From a virus, in IMG/VR virus record IMGVR_UViG_3300027850_000169, positions 1 through 64,000 of that record: a stretch of 64,000 nt of DNA. One strand, given 5' to 3'. Both the position numbers and the translations under genes were made by a program. The notes below the pieces were generated by a model. That model was not told the DNA's origin, made no database searches, and saw nothing but the letters and a program-made list of their open reading frames with translations. Position 1 is the first letter of the stretch. Each line of letters begins with the position of its first letter. This document shows, one piece after another, positions 10,893-20,376 of the stretch.

Positions 10893-11606
10893 ATGACTGA
10901 TTTATTGACACTGAAGTATATCTCAATTTCACAGGTTGAACTTTTCGGCAAGAATGCTAAGCTGCACAACCTTGACCAAATTATTCAGTCAATTAAAAAG
11001 TACGGATTTAAATCTGCTTGCAAGTGGGAGGGGGTTCTCAATGACGGGCGCGGCGGGATAGTCGCTGGTAACGGGCGGGTTGAAGCCTTACGGGTAATGA
11101 AGCGACGCGGACACAACTTGCCAGTTGGAATTGCTCAAGATGAAACTGGAGAATGGTGCGTCCCGGTATTATTTGGTGCTGAGTCTGATTCGGAGGCAAC
11201 TGCACGAGCCTATGCACTAGATGATAACAACCTGACTGTAGTTGGCGGTGATTTTGATGTAGCAGATTTGCTGAAATTGTATAATCAAGATTTGTTAACT
11301 TCGGAGCTAGACCAGTTGTTACAGATAGGGGAAGAGCCTGTTACATTTAACGATAGCTTTATCGAAAACGTCATTCAACAACTTTTCACTGAAAGCGATT
11401 CAATCAACAAAGAGAAGAATTTAACCGATAGAGAACACCCTGAGATATCTAATAGTAATACCGCCCGAAACTACCCAGATGTAAACGATGACAATATTGA
11501 AAAAGCAGAACAAAAGCTAAAGTCTCAATTTACTCAAGCAAACAAGAAAAACTTAGAAAATCTGATAACTTGTCCACATTGCGGAGGCGACTTTGAGTAC
11601 AGATAA
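10893..11606 (+). CDS. ParB/Srx-like N-terminal domain protein with C-terminal CxxC
   Basis: NAKLH..IIQSIKKYGF, IVAGNGRVEAL, ALDDNNL, CPHCG. Confidence 0.75.
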   Translation: MTDLLTLKYISISQVELFGKNAKLHNLDQIIQSIKKYGFKSACKWEGVLNDGRGGIVAGNGRVEALRVMKRRGHNLPVGIAQDETGEWCVPVLFGAESDSEATARAYALDDNNLTVVGGDFDVADLLKLYNQDLLTSELDQLLQIGEEPVTFNDSFIENVIQQLFTESDSINKEKNLTDREHPEISNSNTARNYPDVNDDNIEKAEQKLKSQFTQANKKNLENLITCPHCGGDFEYR

Positions 11607-12426
11607 TAGATACGACGCTCTGAAAAGATTACATTATTTGTTCAGTGACAAGAGGTGGATATTTGCTAAAACTATGCCGCAAAACCCGCATGAGTACACA
11701 TTGAGAAAGCACTGGAAAAACGAAGATGATTTCGTTGAAGCGGTTCAACTGATTCGAGATTATGGATATGTTATCAAGTTTCAAGGAAGAAAATATACTC
11801 AGTTTAACGTTCTAGGACATTTCTATTGGTCTATGGGTGCGCCGCTTCCCGTGACAATACTAATCAATCGAGCTTGTATTGATAAAGACGCAAAAGCTCC
11901 CTATGATGATATTTCTAATTCTTATGACGATTGGTTTTTAAAGCCAGAATACGAACGAGAGAACGTCAATCTTACAAAACTGCTAAAACCTTATATTGGC
12001 GGTAAACTTTTAGATGTTGGCTGCGGCACTGGGCTATTGCTTGATTTGTTAAACGTTTCTTTTGACTTGTATACAGGCGTTGACCCCAGCAGGATGATGC
12101 TAGACAAATTTAAAAATAAACATCCATGCCACAAAATCATTCAGTCTAAATATGAAGACTTTCCCTATGAAGGATTTGATTCAATTGTTTCGCTATACGG
12201 GTCTTTCAACTATTGTGAGCCGTCATCCGCAATTCAGGTAATTAATCAGTTGTCGCCAGGGGGTAAATATTTTTTAATGCTGTTTAAAGAAGATTATAAT
12301 CCCGTAACTCATAAATTAGCTAATTGTTCAATCCCTTACTATAAGCTAAGTAATTACAGCTTTCCAGTAGGAAGTGTTTTTGCCGAATTTACTAACTATA
12401 TCGTGGTAACGGGAGTCAAAGAATAA
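11593..12426 (+). CDS. Class I SAM-dependent methyltransferase with an extra ~95-aa N-terminal domain
   Basis: LLDVGCGTG, GVDPSRMML, LSPGGK; N-domain WIFAKTMPQNPHEY. Confidence 0.85.
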   Translation: MSTDNRYDALKRLHYLFSDKRWIFAKTMPQNPHEYTLRKHWKNEDDFVEAVQLIRDYGYVIKFQGRKYTQFNVLGHFYWSMGAPLPVTILINRACIDKDAKAPYDDISNSYDDWFLKPEYERENVNLTKLLKPYIGGKLLDVGCGTGLLLDLLNVSFDLYTGVDPSRMMLDKFKNKHPCHKIIQSKYEDFPYEGFDSIVSLYGSFNYCEPSSAIQVINQLSPGGKYFLMLFKEDYNPVTHKLANCSIPYYKLSNYSFPVGSVFAEFTNYIVVTGVKE

Positions 12427-13562
12427 TGCCTACCTATTACGGCAATAAGACCGTTTTTGAGATGGGCTTAGAGCGCATTGAATATTTGTTTGATGAGTTT
12501 GAAAATATTGCAGTTAATTTCTCAGGGGGGAAAGATTCAACAGTTACATTGAACTTAGCTTTAATGGTAGCGGAAAAAAAAGGAAGATTACCACTAAAAG
12601 TATTATTTATTGACCAAGAGGCTGAATGGGATTGCACTATTGATTACATGAAATCGGTAATGTACGACACTAGGATTGAGCCATACTGGTTCCAAATTCC
12701 CTTTAGAATTTTTAACGCTACTTGCAGCGAGGACCCCTGGCTAAATGCTTGGGACATCAACCCTGAAATTACATGGATTAGGGAAAAAGACCCTATTGCT
12801 ATTCACGAAAGCCCTGCAAAAACTGATAGATTTGAAAAGTTGTTTGATGATTTAGGGAACTGGATATTTAAAGGGAAGTCTTATGCCTATCTTTCTGGAG
12901 TCAGGTGTGAAGAATCACCCGCAAGGCGGGCGGGCTTGACGACCTTTGCGACCTATAAATGGATTACTTGGGGAAAAGTAGAGAATAAGAAGCGCAATCA
13001 ATTCGTTTTCTATCCGTTATACGACTGGTCTTATAAAGATATCTGGAAATCCATTCATGATAATAAATGGGAATATTGTGTTTTATATGATTATATGTAT
13101 CAGTACGGTATCTCACCTATAAAAATGAGATTGTCAAACGTCACCCATGAGACAGCCGTTGACAATTTATTCTTTCTTCAGGAAATTGAAGGGGATTTGT
13201 GGACAAGGTTAACACAAAGATTAAGGGGAATTAATACGGCTGGCATTCTAAAAGCTGACTGGAAATGTCCTAAAGAATTACCGTTTATGTTTGAAGATTG
13301 GCATGAGTATCGAGACTATTTATTAGAAAATTTAATAACAAATCAGAGTGTTAAAAAAATAATGCTCAAACAGGTAGAATCGGATAAAAGGCAATACATC
13401 CCAGAGATTCAAGATAAAGTCTGCAAGTATCATATTGATATGATTTTGAAAAATGATTATCATGGAACAAAAGCAACGACATTCGCAGCTTCTCATCTTA
13501 AAGAAAGAACAAATACAAACAGAGACCGTGAAAAAAGAGATAGAGAATTATTTAAAAAATAG
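12426..13562 (+). CDS. ibrA: PAPS-reductase-family protein, IbrA-like
   Basis: FSGGKDS PP-loop, FIDQEAE, GVRCEES, YPLYDW, KMRLS, EIEGDLW. Confidence 0.8.
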   Translation: MPTYYGNKTVFEMGLERIEYLFDEFENIAVNFSGGKDSTVTLNLALMVAEKKGRLPLKVLFIDQEAEWDCTIDYMKSVMYDTRIEPYWFQIPFRIFNATCSEDPWLNAWDINPEITWIREKDPIAIHESPAKTDRFEKLFDDLGNWIFKGKSYAYLSGVRCEESPARRAGLTTFATYKWITWGKVENKKRNQFVFYPLYDWSYKDIWKSIHDNKWEYCVLYDYMYQYGISPIKMRLSNVTHETAVDNLFFLQEIEGDLWTRLTQRLRGINTAGILKADWKCPKELPFMFEDWHEYRDYLLENLITNQSVKKIMLKQVESDKRQYIPEIQDKVCKYHIDMILKNDYHGTKATTFAASHLKERTNTNRDREKRDRELFKK

Positions 13563-14193
13563 CGCTAATCCTATTGCCGCTATTGAGGAAATCAAAGCAT
13601 TGCTGCATGAACTGTCACCACTAAAAAGTCAGCCCATTAATTTAGTTCAATGGGTTTCAATTGAAATGGTAGAGGCTAACGACTACAATCCAAACTCCGT
13701 AGCAACGATTGAAATGAAGCTGCTGTATACCTCTATCAGCCACGATGGGTACACATCGCCTATAGTTACCATTTGGGATGAGTCAATTCAAAAGTATGTC
13801 ATCGTTGATGGGTTTCACCGCTATTCAACGATGAGGCAAAACCAAGATATCTACGACAGAAATATGGGCTTGATTCCTATCGTTGTTATTGACAAGGAAA
13901 TTAACGACAGGATGGCAAGTACCGTCCGTCATAATCGCGCCAGGGGGAAGCACAGCATATCTGGAATGAGTTCAATGGTCTTTTCTATGTTAGAGAACGG
14001 ATGGAAAGATTCAGAGATTTGTAACGAGCTAGGGATGGAGCCGGAAGAGCTTTTAAGACTAAAACATCTAACGGGTTTTTCCAAGCTGTTTGAAAACGTT
14101 GAATACAAGAAAGCATGGGAGACTAAGGCTCAAATTAAGTACAGAGTCAACGCCGAGAGAGAGGGGATAAGAACGCTTAAAACGAACAATTGA
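13453..14193 (+). CDS. ibrB: ParB-like protein, IbrB-like (true start may be GTG at 13528)
   Basis: ANDYNPNSVA..EMKLLY.SI..DGYT.PIV, VDGFHRY, ASTVRHNRARGKH. Confidence 0.85.
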   Translation: MIIMEQKQRHSQLLILKKEQIQTETVKKEIENYLKNSANPIAAIEEIKALLHELSPLKSQPINLVQWVSIEMVEANDYNPNSVATIEMKLLYTSISHDGYTSPIVTIWDESIQKYVIVDGFHRYSTMRQNQDIYDRNMGLIPIVVIDKEINDRMASTVRHNRARGKHSISGMSSMVFSMLENGWKDSEICNELGMEPEELLRLKHLTGFSKLFENVEYKKAWETKAQIKYRVNAEREGIRTLKTNN

Positions 14194-14195
14194 CG

Positions 14196-15674
14196 TCACC
14201 ACAGAATCGGCTCATCATCCTCAACTGGTTTCTCGACCACTACCTCAACAACTGGTTTAGGCTTCGTAAATGGCATTTCTTTCGCAAAAGCCGCCGCATC
14301 AGCCATATTTGCCGCTAACATCTGCTCTCGCTTGGTTCGTCCTCTTGGAAGTTTGGCTTGAACCATCTCAAAAGCCTTATTTCTGGCGGCTCGATTTTCA
14401 TCTGTTAGCGCATAAGGGTTTGTCGGGTCTGTTGCTGCTGTCTCTGGCATTTCAACTGTCTCACTTGCGGCAATTTGTGGTATTGAATTCTCGGTACAGT
14501 TGGTTGCGTAAGTTGGTAAATTATTCAAGAGTGCTTGCTCCTTTGGGACTCCTAACTCTACTTGTCGTTTTGCACCCTCTAAACAGCGTTCTAGCTGCAA
14601 TTTTACCGCATTGGCGACCGCTGCAACCACTGGCAATCGGCGTAACTGTCCAGCGGCACTCTTGGCCGCCTCTGTCGCCGTTGTACCTACCTTGCCGATA
14701 CAGTCCTGCGATATAGCCTCCACAACGACTTGCTCAGGTACACCGCGCAATCTGAAGCCGGGGGGAACCATGCGACCGCCTAACTCCTCACCCGCGTTAA
14801 ACTCGTCCCACAGCATCGCTACGCTGGCCTCTGGCGTTCTGGACTTAGATTCGCGCATCACCCAGTTAGCATAGCCTTCAGGAGAGTCGATATCTACCCG
14901 CTGGTAGCAGTACGCCAGCAATGCCTCGAAAAACTCCTTTCTCGCAACCGGACTCGACGGCGCGGAACATTTATCAACTTGCAAGGTTATCGGTTCTGTT
15001 GTTGAGTCTACTTCTTTGGCAACTTGGAAATTGACATTGCTTTGGTTGCTTTGGTTGCTTTCTTCATTTTCTTCAATCTCTAAATTTACTAAAACAGTCG
15101 CGCTCGCTCTTTCTGTGAGAGGTTCTTTTTGAATAACTTTCTTTGAAAATGTATCTTGATTTGATTTGCAGTCAGTCGTCAAATCGATTTGCTGAGACTC
15201 GACATATCGATTTGACGGATTTTGACAAATGGGTAGTGATGCGGGTTCCAGCAGTTCAGCTAGCTTTTCTGTGTCAATGGTGTAATACTTGCAGGCATCC
15301 CATTTTCCGGCTCGAAGCTTCTGACTGATGACTAAGCCGAGTTCTTCAAGTTTGGCGAATCCAGACTTGATTTGATAAAAACTCAAGAATGGAAAATTGC
15401 CGCGCCAGTCAATAAGCTTGCCGTGTTCTTGCACTCGCTCTTTCTTTTTAGGGTCTGTGCACTTGATAGGGTTGCGAATCCACTTTTGCCCATCTACGAC
15501 TGTTCCAGCCATTGAAGGACTCTCAACACACCACTGAAGCTTGTTGAAGATGGTGGCTCCAATTACGCCGATGATAATAGCTAAATCTTCATCAAAGTAT
15601 CCTAGTCTTGATGTGTCCAATCGATTCACCTTGTGTAGGGTTGTGGTGAATACAACGGAAGAAAATCTTGGCAA
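14196..15674 (-). CDS. Putative phage replication initiator (N-terminal winged helix)
   Basis: DGQKWIRN...W...FPFLS..QIK..F.KLEELGLVIS...WDACKYYTID resembles phage replisome-organiser N-termini. Confidence 0.6.
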   Translation of the reverse strand: MPRFSSVVFTTTLHKVNRLDTSRLGYFDEDLAIIIGVIGATIFNKLQWCVESPSMAGTVVDGQKWIRNPIKCTDPKKKERVQEHGKLIDWRGNFPFLSFYQIKSGFAKLEELGLVISQKLRAGKWDACKYYTIDTEKLAELLEPASLPICQNPSNRYVESQQIDLTTDCKSNQDTFSKKVIQKEPLTERASATVLVNLEIEENEESNQSNQSNVNFQVAKEVDSTTEPITLQVDKCSAPSSPVARKEFFEALLAYCYQRVDIDSPEGYANWVMRESKSRTPEASVAMLWDEFNAGEELGGRMVPPGFRLRGVPEQVVVEAISQDCIGKVGTTATEAAKSAAGQLRRLPVVAAVANAVKLQLERCLEGAKRQVELGVPKEQALLNNLPTYATNCTENSIPQIAASETVEMPETAATDPTNPYALTDENRAARNKAFEMVQAKLPRGRTKREQMLAANMADAAAFAKEMPFTKPKPVVEVVVEKPVEDDEPILW

Positions 15675-15691
15675 GAATTAATCTGAAGCAC

Positions 15692-15820
15692 TTGACAGCA
15701 TCGGTTGGATATGTGCTATGATTGATTCAGATTGAGTTCACCTGCAATCTATGATTTCTTTCCGTTGTATTCGTTGATTTGATTGAAGCCACTCGCTTAT
15801 AACGGGTGGCTTCCTGTTTT
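15692..15820 (+). ncRNA. Candidate antisense (countertranscript) RNA over the rep-like gene leader, promoter to terminator
   Basis: TTGACA..TGcTATGAT promoter; hairpin aagccactcg/cgggtggctt plus T tract; opposing TGcTATAAT at 15822-15830. Confidence 0.45.
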
Positions 15821-15857
15821 TATTATAGCATCAGACTAGCCCAGCACGTCAACATCC

Positions 15858-15992
15858 CTACACCGACGCTACCAACACCTTGCGAACACAACCGCTAAGC
15901 ACTATACATAGCAACACTTTCGATACCGTTTAAAAATACTTTCCCAAAACGCTTGACAAGCTACCGAGTAGCCTATATAGTGATAACAGATG
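15858..15992 (+). promoter_or_regulatory. Repeated strong sigma70-type promoter cassette, copy 1
   Basis: AAAAATACTTT..TTGACA(15953)-17-TATAGT; near-identical to 16776-16910. Confidence 0.85.
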
Positions 15993-16009
15993 AAAAAACT
16001 ACTAAAACT

Positions 16010-16243
16010 ATGACAAGAATAGCAGTACCAAGAATCGAAGTTCGCCTTTATTACAACTCAGAAGAAATTTGTATTGGTGCGTTAGCGCTAGACGAAGACT
16101 CAGAAAGGTTTAATTATGATGGTGACCACTCCAATCATGAAGACGTTTTTATCTACCCAGACCAAGACATCGTTGGTAAAAGATTTGTAGGGATTGCAAG
16201 AGATGCAGTCCAGATTCGGTATATGCCCAAAACCGAGCAGTAA
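16010..16243 (+). CDS. Hypothetical early protein
   Basis: ATG after the promoter; the ORF-track start lies inside the -35 box. Confidence 0.6.
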   Translation: MTRIAVPRIEVRLYYNSEEICIGALALDEDSERFNYDGDHSNHEDVFIYPDQDIVGKRFVGIARDAVQIRYMPKTEQ

Positions 16244-16356
16244 ATCACCATGAAGCTAAATGAGATTTTTTCTAGGCTATAGGTTTGGAAAACTTGGGTG
16301 CGACTCCTAAGTTAGTTTTTACCCTAGCTCTTATGGGTATTTTAAGGAAAACTCAA

Positions 16357-16698
16357 ATGTCTTACAACTATATCTCTGTGGCTACTGATTCAGAATTAAT
16401 GAGTGCTTTTACATCAGTGATGAAGGAAGTAGATAGTTCATTAGCAGTGAAAATGTCGTTTTGTGACCAAGTTCCTTATAAGGATTTGCCTAATGCTATG
16501 AGGTCAATTTGTTTAGCCGAGGAAGAAGTATGGAGTCGAGTTAATAACAAAATCGAGGAAGTGAGAACTGTTGAAAGTTTACAAAGACAAAAAATAAGAA
16601 ATGAAGAAAGCAGAGTAATTAATCTCATAGCAGATAAAGAAACGCTCTTTTTCTTAAAGTCTCTAGTTGAAAAAGAAGTAAAAGCAAAAGAAAGCTAA
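16357..16698 (+). CDS. Hypothetical protein
   Basis: ATG preceded by AAGGA. Confidence 0.55.
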   Translation: MSYNYISVATDSELMSAFTSVMKEVDSSLAVKMSFCDQVPYKDLPNAMRSICLAEEEVWSRVNNKIEEVRTVESLQRQKIRNEESRVINLIADKETLFFLKSLVEKEVKAKES

Positions 16699-16775
16699 CA
16701 CTATAACTTCTACTTACCTCTTAGTTCTAAGCTATCAACTAAGTGCAAGTCTTAGTGAGGGCTTTCTAGTTTTTA

Positions 16776-16910
16776 CTACACCGACGCTACCAACACCTTG
16801 CGAACACAACCGCTAAGCGCTATACATAGCAACACTTTCGATACCGTTTAAAAAATACTTTCCCAAAGCGCTTGACAAATCCTAGTGAGTAGCCTATAGT
16901 GATAACAGAT
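16776..16910 (+). promoter_or_regulatory. Repeated promoter cassette, copy 2
   Basis: TTGACA(16872)-17-TATAGT. Confidence 0.85.
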
Positions 16911-16939
16911 AGAAAAAACCACTCCAAGCGAGCCTAAAA

Positions 16940-17359
16940 ATGAAAATTGCAAAAGCTAAAAAGTACGCCCAAATTAAAGACAAAGATTTTCCAGCACTTC
17001 TCTTGTTAATAAAACGAGCAAGAAAAGTAATTCCGGGAGCTTGGGGGAAAGTTGAGCGTATTGACGCAGATTGGGGAATAGATGGACTTCTAGATATTCA
17101 TGTGGCGCTTTTGCAGGATGCTCCAACTAAAGGATTGAGAAATCTTACCCCAGGACGTTACCACATATATTTCACTTGGAAGCCTTATGAAGAAGGGCGT
17201 TATGGGTCGAGAGGTTGGAACGTGACCGATTACGAAAAAGGAGAATGGTGGCTACCATTTGAACCATCTGACGCTTATCTCAAGCTTCGTCAACCCCCGT
17301 GGGATGTTCTAAATAGTCGGAAGTGGGACGGTACAACATTGTTTACAAAAACAAGCTAG
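16940..17359 (+). CDS. Hypothetical early protein
   Basis: 139-aa ORF directly after the promoter. Confidence 0.65.
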   Translation: MKIAKAKKYAQIKDKDFPALLLLIKRARKVIPGAWGKVERIDADWGIDGLLDIHVALLQDAPTKGLRNLTPGRYHIYFTWKPYEEGRYGSRGWNVTDYEKGEWWLPFEPSDAYLKLRQPPWDVLNSRKWDGTTLFTKTS

Positions 17360-17419
17360 AACACTCACTTTATAACCTCTAAATTCAAAAATCTATTAAT
17401 CGCCGAAACACCTTCTCAG

Positions 17420-17689
17420 GTGTCTGGTAAAGCTTACTACTTTGCCACTGACGAGGCTAGTAAAATCACAGAGTTAGAAATTATGCGTCACTTTAAAATC
17501 ATCGACAATGACTTAGTAGCAAACTCTCGGTTTGGGGTCGAGGTTATGAACGGGCCCCGCCCAATCGTCTTACAACTTTCAAAAGATATAGATTGGGACG
17601 AGATTGAAGTCGATTTAGAACTGGAATTCGCTAAGGGGAACATAACAGGGGCTGAAAAACAGTATTTAGAGTTCATGCACAGACTGTAA
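17420..17689 (+). CDS. Hypothetical protein
   Basis: 89-aa ORF; start uncertain. Confidence 0.5.
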   Translation: MSGKAYYFATDEASKITELEIMRHFKIIDNDLVANSRFGVEVMNGPRPIVLQLSKDIDWDEIEVDLELEFAKGNITGAEKQYLEFMHRL

Positions 17690-17784
17690 ATATTAATGCC
17701 TAGCAGGTTGCTCCGATGAGGGTTCGACTCCCTCTTATGCTTTTTCCTATCTAATTCTTTCCCCGGTAGGGATTCTATAGACTC

Positions 17785-18135
17785 ATGCCCAAAATCAATT
17801 TTTCTCATCCTAATTCAGAGCTAGATGCTTTAGGGTTTGAAGACCATCAACTCCATGTTAGATTGGAAGACCCGGAGCTTTCAGATAAGCTCATTGCCTA
17901 CTTGTCCCCTCTCGTGGGAAACGGGACTGAGCTTGTGACGATTGTGTCTCCAGGGCTAGCTCATCTAGCGGTGCTAGTGCTAACTACTATCCACGGGCTA
18001 ACGGGGAGCTTCCCGTTAGTTGTTTCAATGGTAAGAGGAGAAGACGGCGGCTTTTCGCCACTACCTGCCGTTAACTTACAAAAATACCGGAATTCTTGCG
18101 CCCGGAAATCTAGAGAAGGGCTCAAAGTTCTCTAG
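17785..18135 (+). CDS. csx15: Csx15-like protein (cyclic-oligoadenylate ring nuclease or sponge homologue)
   Basis: Ordered motifs NFSHP, PGLA, IHG..G.FP, NLQ..R...AR match the Csx15 pattern as I recall it; 116 aa. Confidence 0.6.
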   Translation: MPKINFSHPNSELDALGFEDHQLHVRLEDPELSDKLIAYLSPLVGNGTELVTIVSPGLAHLAVLVLTTIHGLTGSFPLVVSMVRGEDGGFSPLPAVNLQKYRNSCARKSREGLKVL

Positions 18136-18223
18136 CAAACAACTCATCATCAGATGCAATGAAGTGAGTAATTAAAATGAGGTCACTTCCTCACCACCGC
18201 CCAAAACTAATTAAGGAGAAATA

Positions 18224-18421
18224 ATGGATTTCTTTAAAATCATAAGCAGTAAGGTTAAACTGCCACTTTCATCACAGGAAACCGAATCTTACGTTGAAGG
18301 GAAAGAGATTGACGGCAAACTATTTGTTCGGGGTCGAAAAATAGACTGCGAATACTTGCAAATTTCCCAAGATGAAGCTGTTGAGGCTCTCGATAAATGG
18401 ATTATCGAAGAGTATGGTTAG
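18224..18421 (+). CDS. Hypothetical protein
   Basis: Strong RBS AAGGAG before ATG. Confidence 0.6.
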   Translation: MDFFKIISSKVKLPLSSQETESYVEGKEIDGKLFVRGRKIDCEYLQISQDEAVEALDKWIIEEYG

Positions 18422-18528
18422 AAATTAAACTAAAGCGTTTTTTCAAAAATAGCAGTCATAAATTGATTGCTATTTTTTAATATTATTTTACCCAAGCCAC
18501 GATTACACCCTCAGTCCCAGAGTCCAGA

Positions 18529-18622
18529 CATAGCAACACTTTCGACACCGTTTAAAAATACTTTTCTAAAACGCTTGACAAGTCTTAGCGAGTAGCCTAT
18601 AGTGATAACAGATAGAAAAAAC
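18529..18622 (+). promoter_or_regulatory. Repeated promoter cassette, copy 3
   Basis: TTGACA(18575)-17-TATAGT. Confidence 0.85.
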
Positions 18623-18728
18623 AAGAGAAAAACCAATCTCTTCGCGGATGGGAGGTGACGTTAAAACTTATTAGTTCCTACCGCTCTACAGGTTCTTAGC
18701 AACGTAGCAATCAAAACTAAAAAACCCC

Positions 18729-18902
18729 ATGAAAGGAAACTATCGCAAACTATTAAACGGGCGGAATTATAGCGTGTGGGACGCTAAAATATCGACCACA
18801 AAACCGCGCACAATGCGGTGGGTAAAGCGAGATGCCTCTCGCACCGGCCGCCGACAACTCAAGCAGATTACCCATGAGATGGTAATCGAATCAACTAACT
18901 AG
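18729..18902 (+). CDS. Small basic hypothetical protein (57 aa, below track cutoff)
   Basis: MKGNYRKLLNG...IESTN*, downstream of promoter copy 3. Confidence 0.4.
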   Translation: MKGNYRKLLNGRNYSVWDAKISTTKPRTMRWVKRDASRTGRRQLKQITHEMVIESTN

Positions 18903-19023
18903 GATGGACAACCGCCAGCTTTATAACCTCTAAATTTGGCGACAATTCACGGTTTGCTCATTACCAGCGGGAGCATTAAAAGGGCTGGGGCAACTAATCA
19001 TTAACAACGAGGAGTCAAAATAA

Positions 19024-19299
19024 TTGAAAACAATTTTATATCACTGGTACGAACCCGATGGGTATCACAAATTTACCTTTGAGAATACCAAACTTTGGGA
19101 TGATTCCCCAGAAAATCAATTCAATATATGTGTGTATTTTGAGGGTGAATTGTTGGCATCTACCACTGTTGATGCTCCACAAACCTGCCACCCGCGGTCA
19201 AGTGTGGAAAAACTAAGTATCAAATGGTTTGAGAAATTAATGCAATCGGAAACACAAGAAAAAACTTTGCCTTACTCACTAAAAATCAAACCAAAATAG
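19024..19299 (+). CDS. Hypothetical protein
   Basis: GAGGAG RBS upstream of TTG. Confidence 0.55.
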   Translation: MKTILYHWYEPDGYHKFTFENTKLWDDSPENQFNICVYFEGELLASTTVDAPQTCHPRSSVEKLSIKWFEKLMQSETQEKTLPYSLKIKPK

Positions 19300-19506
19300 T
19301 CGAGCCAATAAATCCACAGGAGTCGCGCGTTGTGAGGATGCGCGACTAACCGTCCCTGAGTATCCTACCCGTTTGGGAGCGGCCGCAGACTGAACGCTCT
19401 AGCCCGCCTCAAACGTCGCAAAATCTACCACCAGCGCTGCAACGTTGCCACGCCAGCAACCCCAACCGCTAGACTCTGTACACAGTCATCCTTTCACCGT
19501 ATCTAC

Positions 19507-19555
19507 AAAATACTTTCCCAAAACGCTTGACAATCTCCGCACCGTGTATTATATT
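19507..19555 (+). promoter_or_regulatory. Repeated promoter cassette, copy 4
   Basis: AAAATACTTTCCCAAAACGC-TTGACA(19527)-17-TATATT. Confidence 0.8.
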
Positions 19556-19589
19556 AAAAGAGTCACGGAATTCAACAACAGCAAAAATA

Positions 19590-19964
19590 ATGAATATCGC
19601 AGCAGTCCCACAATCTCAATCTGATTTTGATGTCAAAGCGCTTGAAGGACAGCGGGTCACGTTAATGCTTGTTAATACGATTGGCTGTCCCGTATCACGG
19701 TGCGTCAAAATAGTGGAAGCTAACATCGTCTCTGCTGAACGGTATCAAGGCCACATAACTAACAAAAAGTGTCTTGAATTGAAGTACATTGCAAAGGGCT
19801 GTCGGAAAACTATAGGTACTCGATTTGCTGAAGCTGATTTAGCTATCGCTATGGGTTGGCAACATATCGAAACACCCAACTCCTTTGTCGGATTTAATAA
19901 CGGATTGCTTGATGGAATGATACGCCAAGCGAAAGACGTTGTTTACACTCAGCAAGGGCTATAG
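19590..19964 (+). CDS. Hypothetical early protein
   Basis: ATG at 19590; the ORF-track start is the -35 box. Confidence 0.6.
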   Translation: MNIAAVPQSQSDFDVKALEGQRVTLMLVNTIGCPVSRCVKIVEANIVSAERYQGHITNKKCLELKYIAKGCRKTIGTRFAEADLAIAMGWQHIETPNSFVGFNNGLLDGMIRQAKDVVYTQQGL

Positions 19965-20077
19965 CAAACCGCTAAGATAAGTCAAGTAGCGTCGCGAAAT
20001 CGCTTAACAAAGAAGCCCCTCTCTAGGGGCTTCTAGCTGCAACTTGTCACGGAAACAACTCATCTAAGTATAGCAGT

Positions 20078-20287
20078 ATGCCAACGCCAGAACCACAAAG
20101 AAAATACAATCAATCAGAGCGAGGTCGCAAAGTTCGCGCTGAGTGGAACCGAGAAAACAGGCAATACCTCGAACAAAAAAGAGAAAGTCGAGAAGGGGAG
20201 TGCGTTATTTGCGGGCAGATAAAATGGTTGGTTCGCAAGCATCCACCAACTTGTAGGAAATGCAATAAAAGTATTGACAGGCGATAA
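20078..20287 (+). CDS. Small Zn-ribbon protein
   Basis: CVIC...CRKC. Confidence 0.5.
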   Translation: MPTPEPQRKYNQSERGRKVRAEWNRENRQYLEQKRESREGECVICGQIKWLVRKHPPTCRKCNKSIDRR

Positions 20288-20376
20288 AAAAGTTTGCTAC
20301 AATTCCTGCGTTGCCCATACCGGGGGGATAATAGTAGTCTACACACGTTGAACGGCGTGCTAAGATTCTTAGCAGT

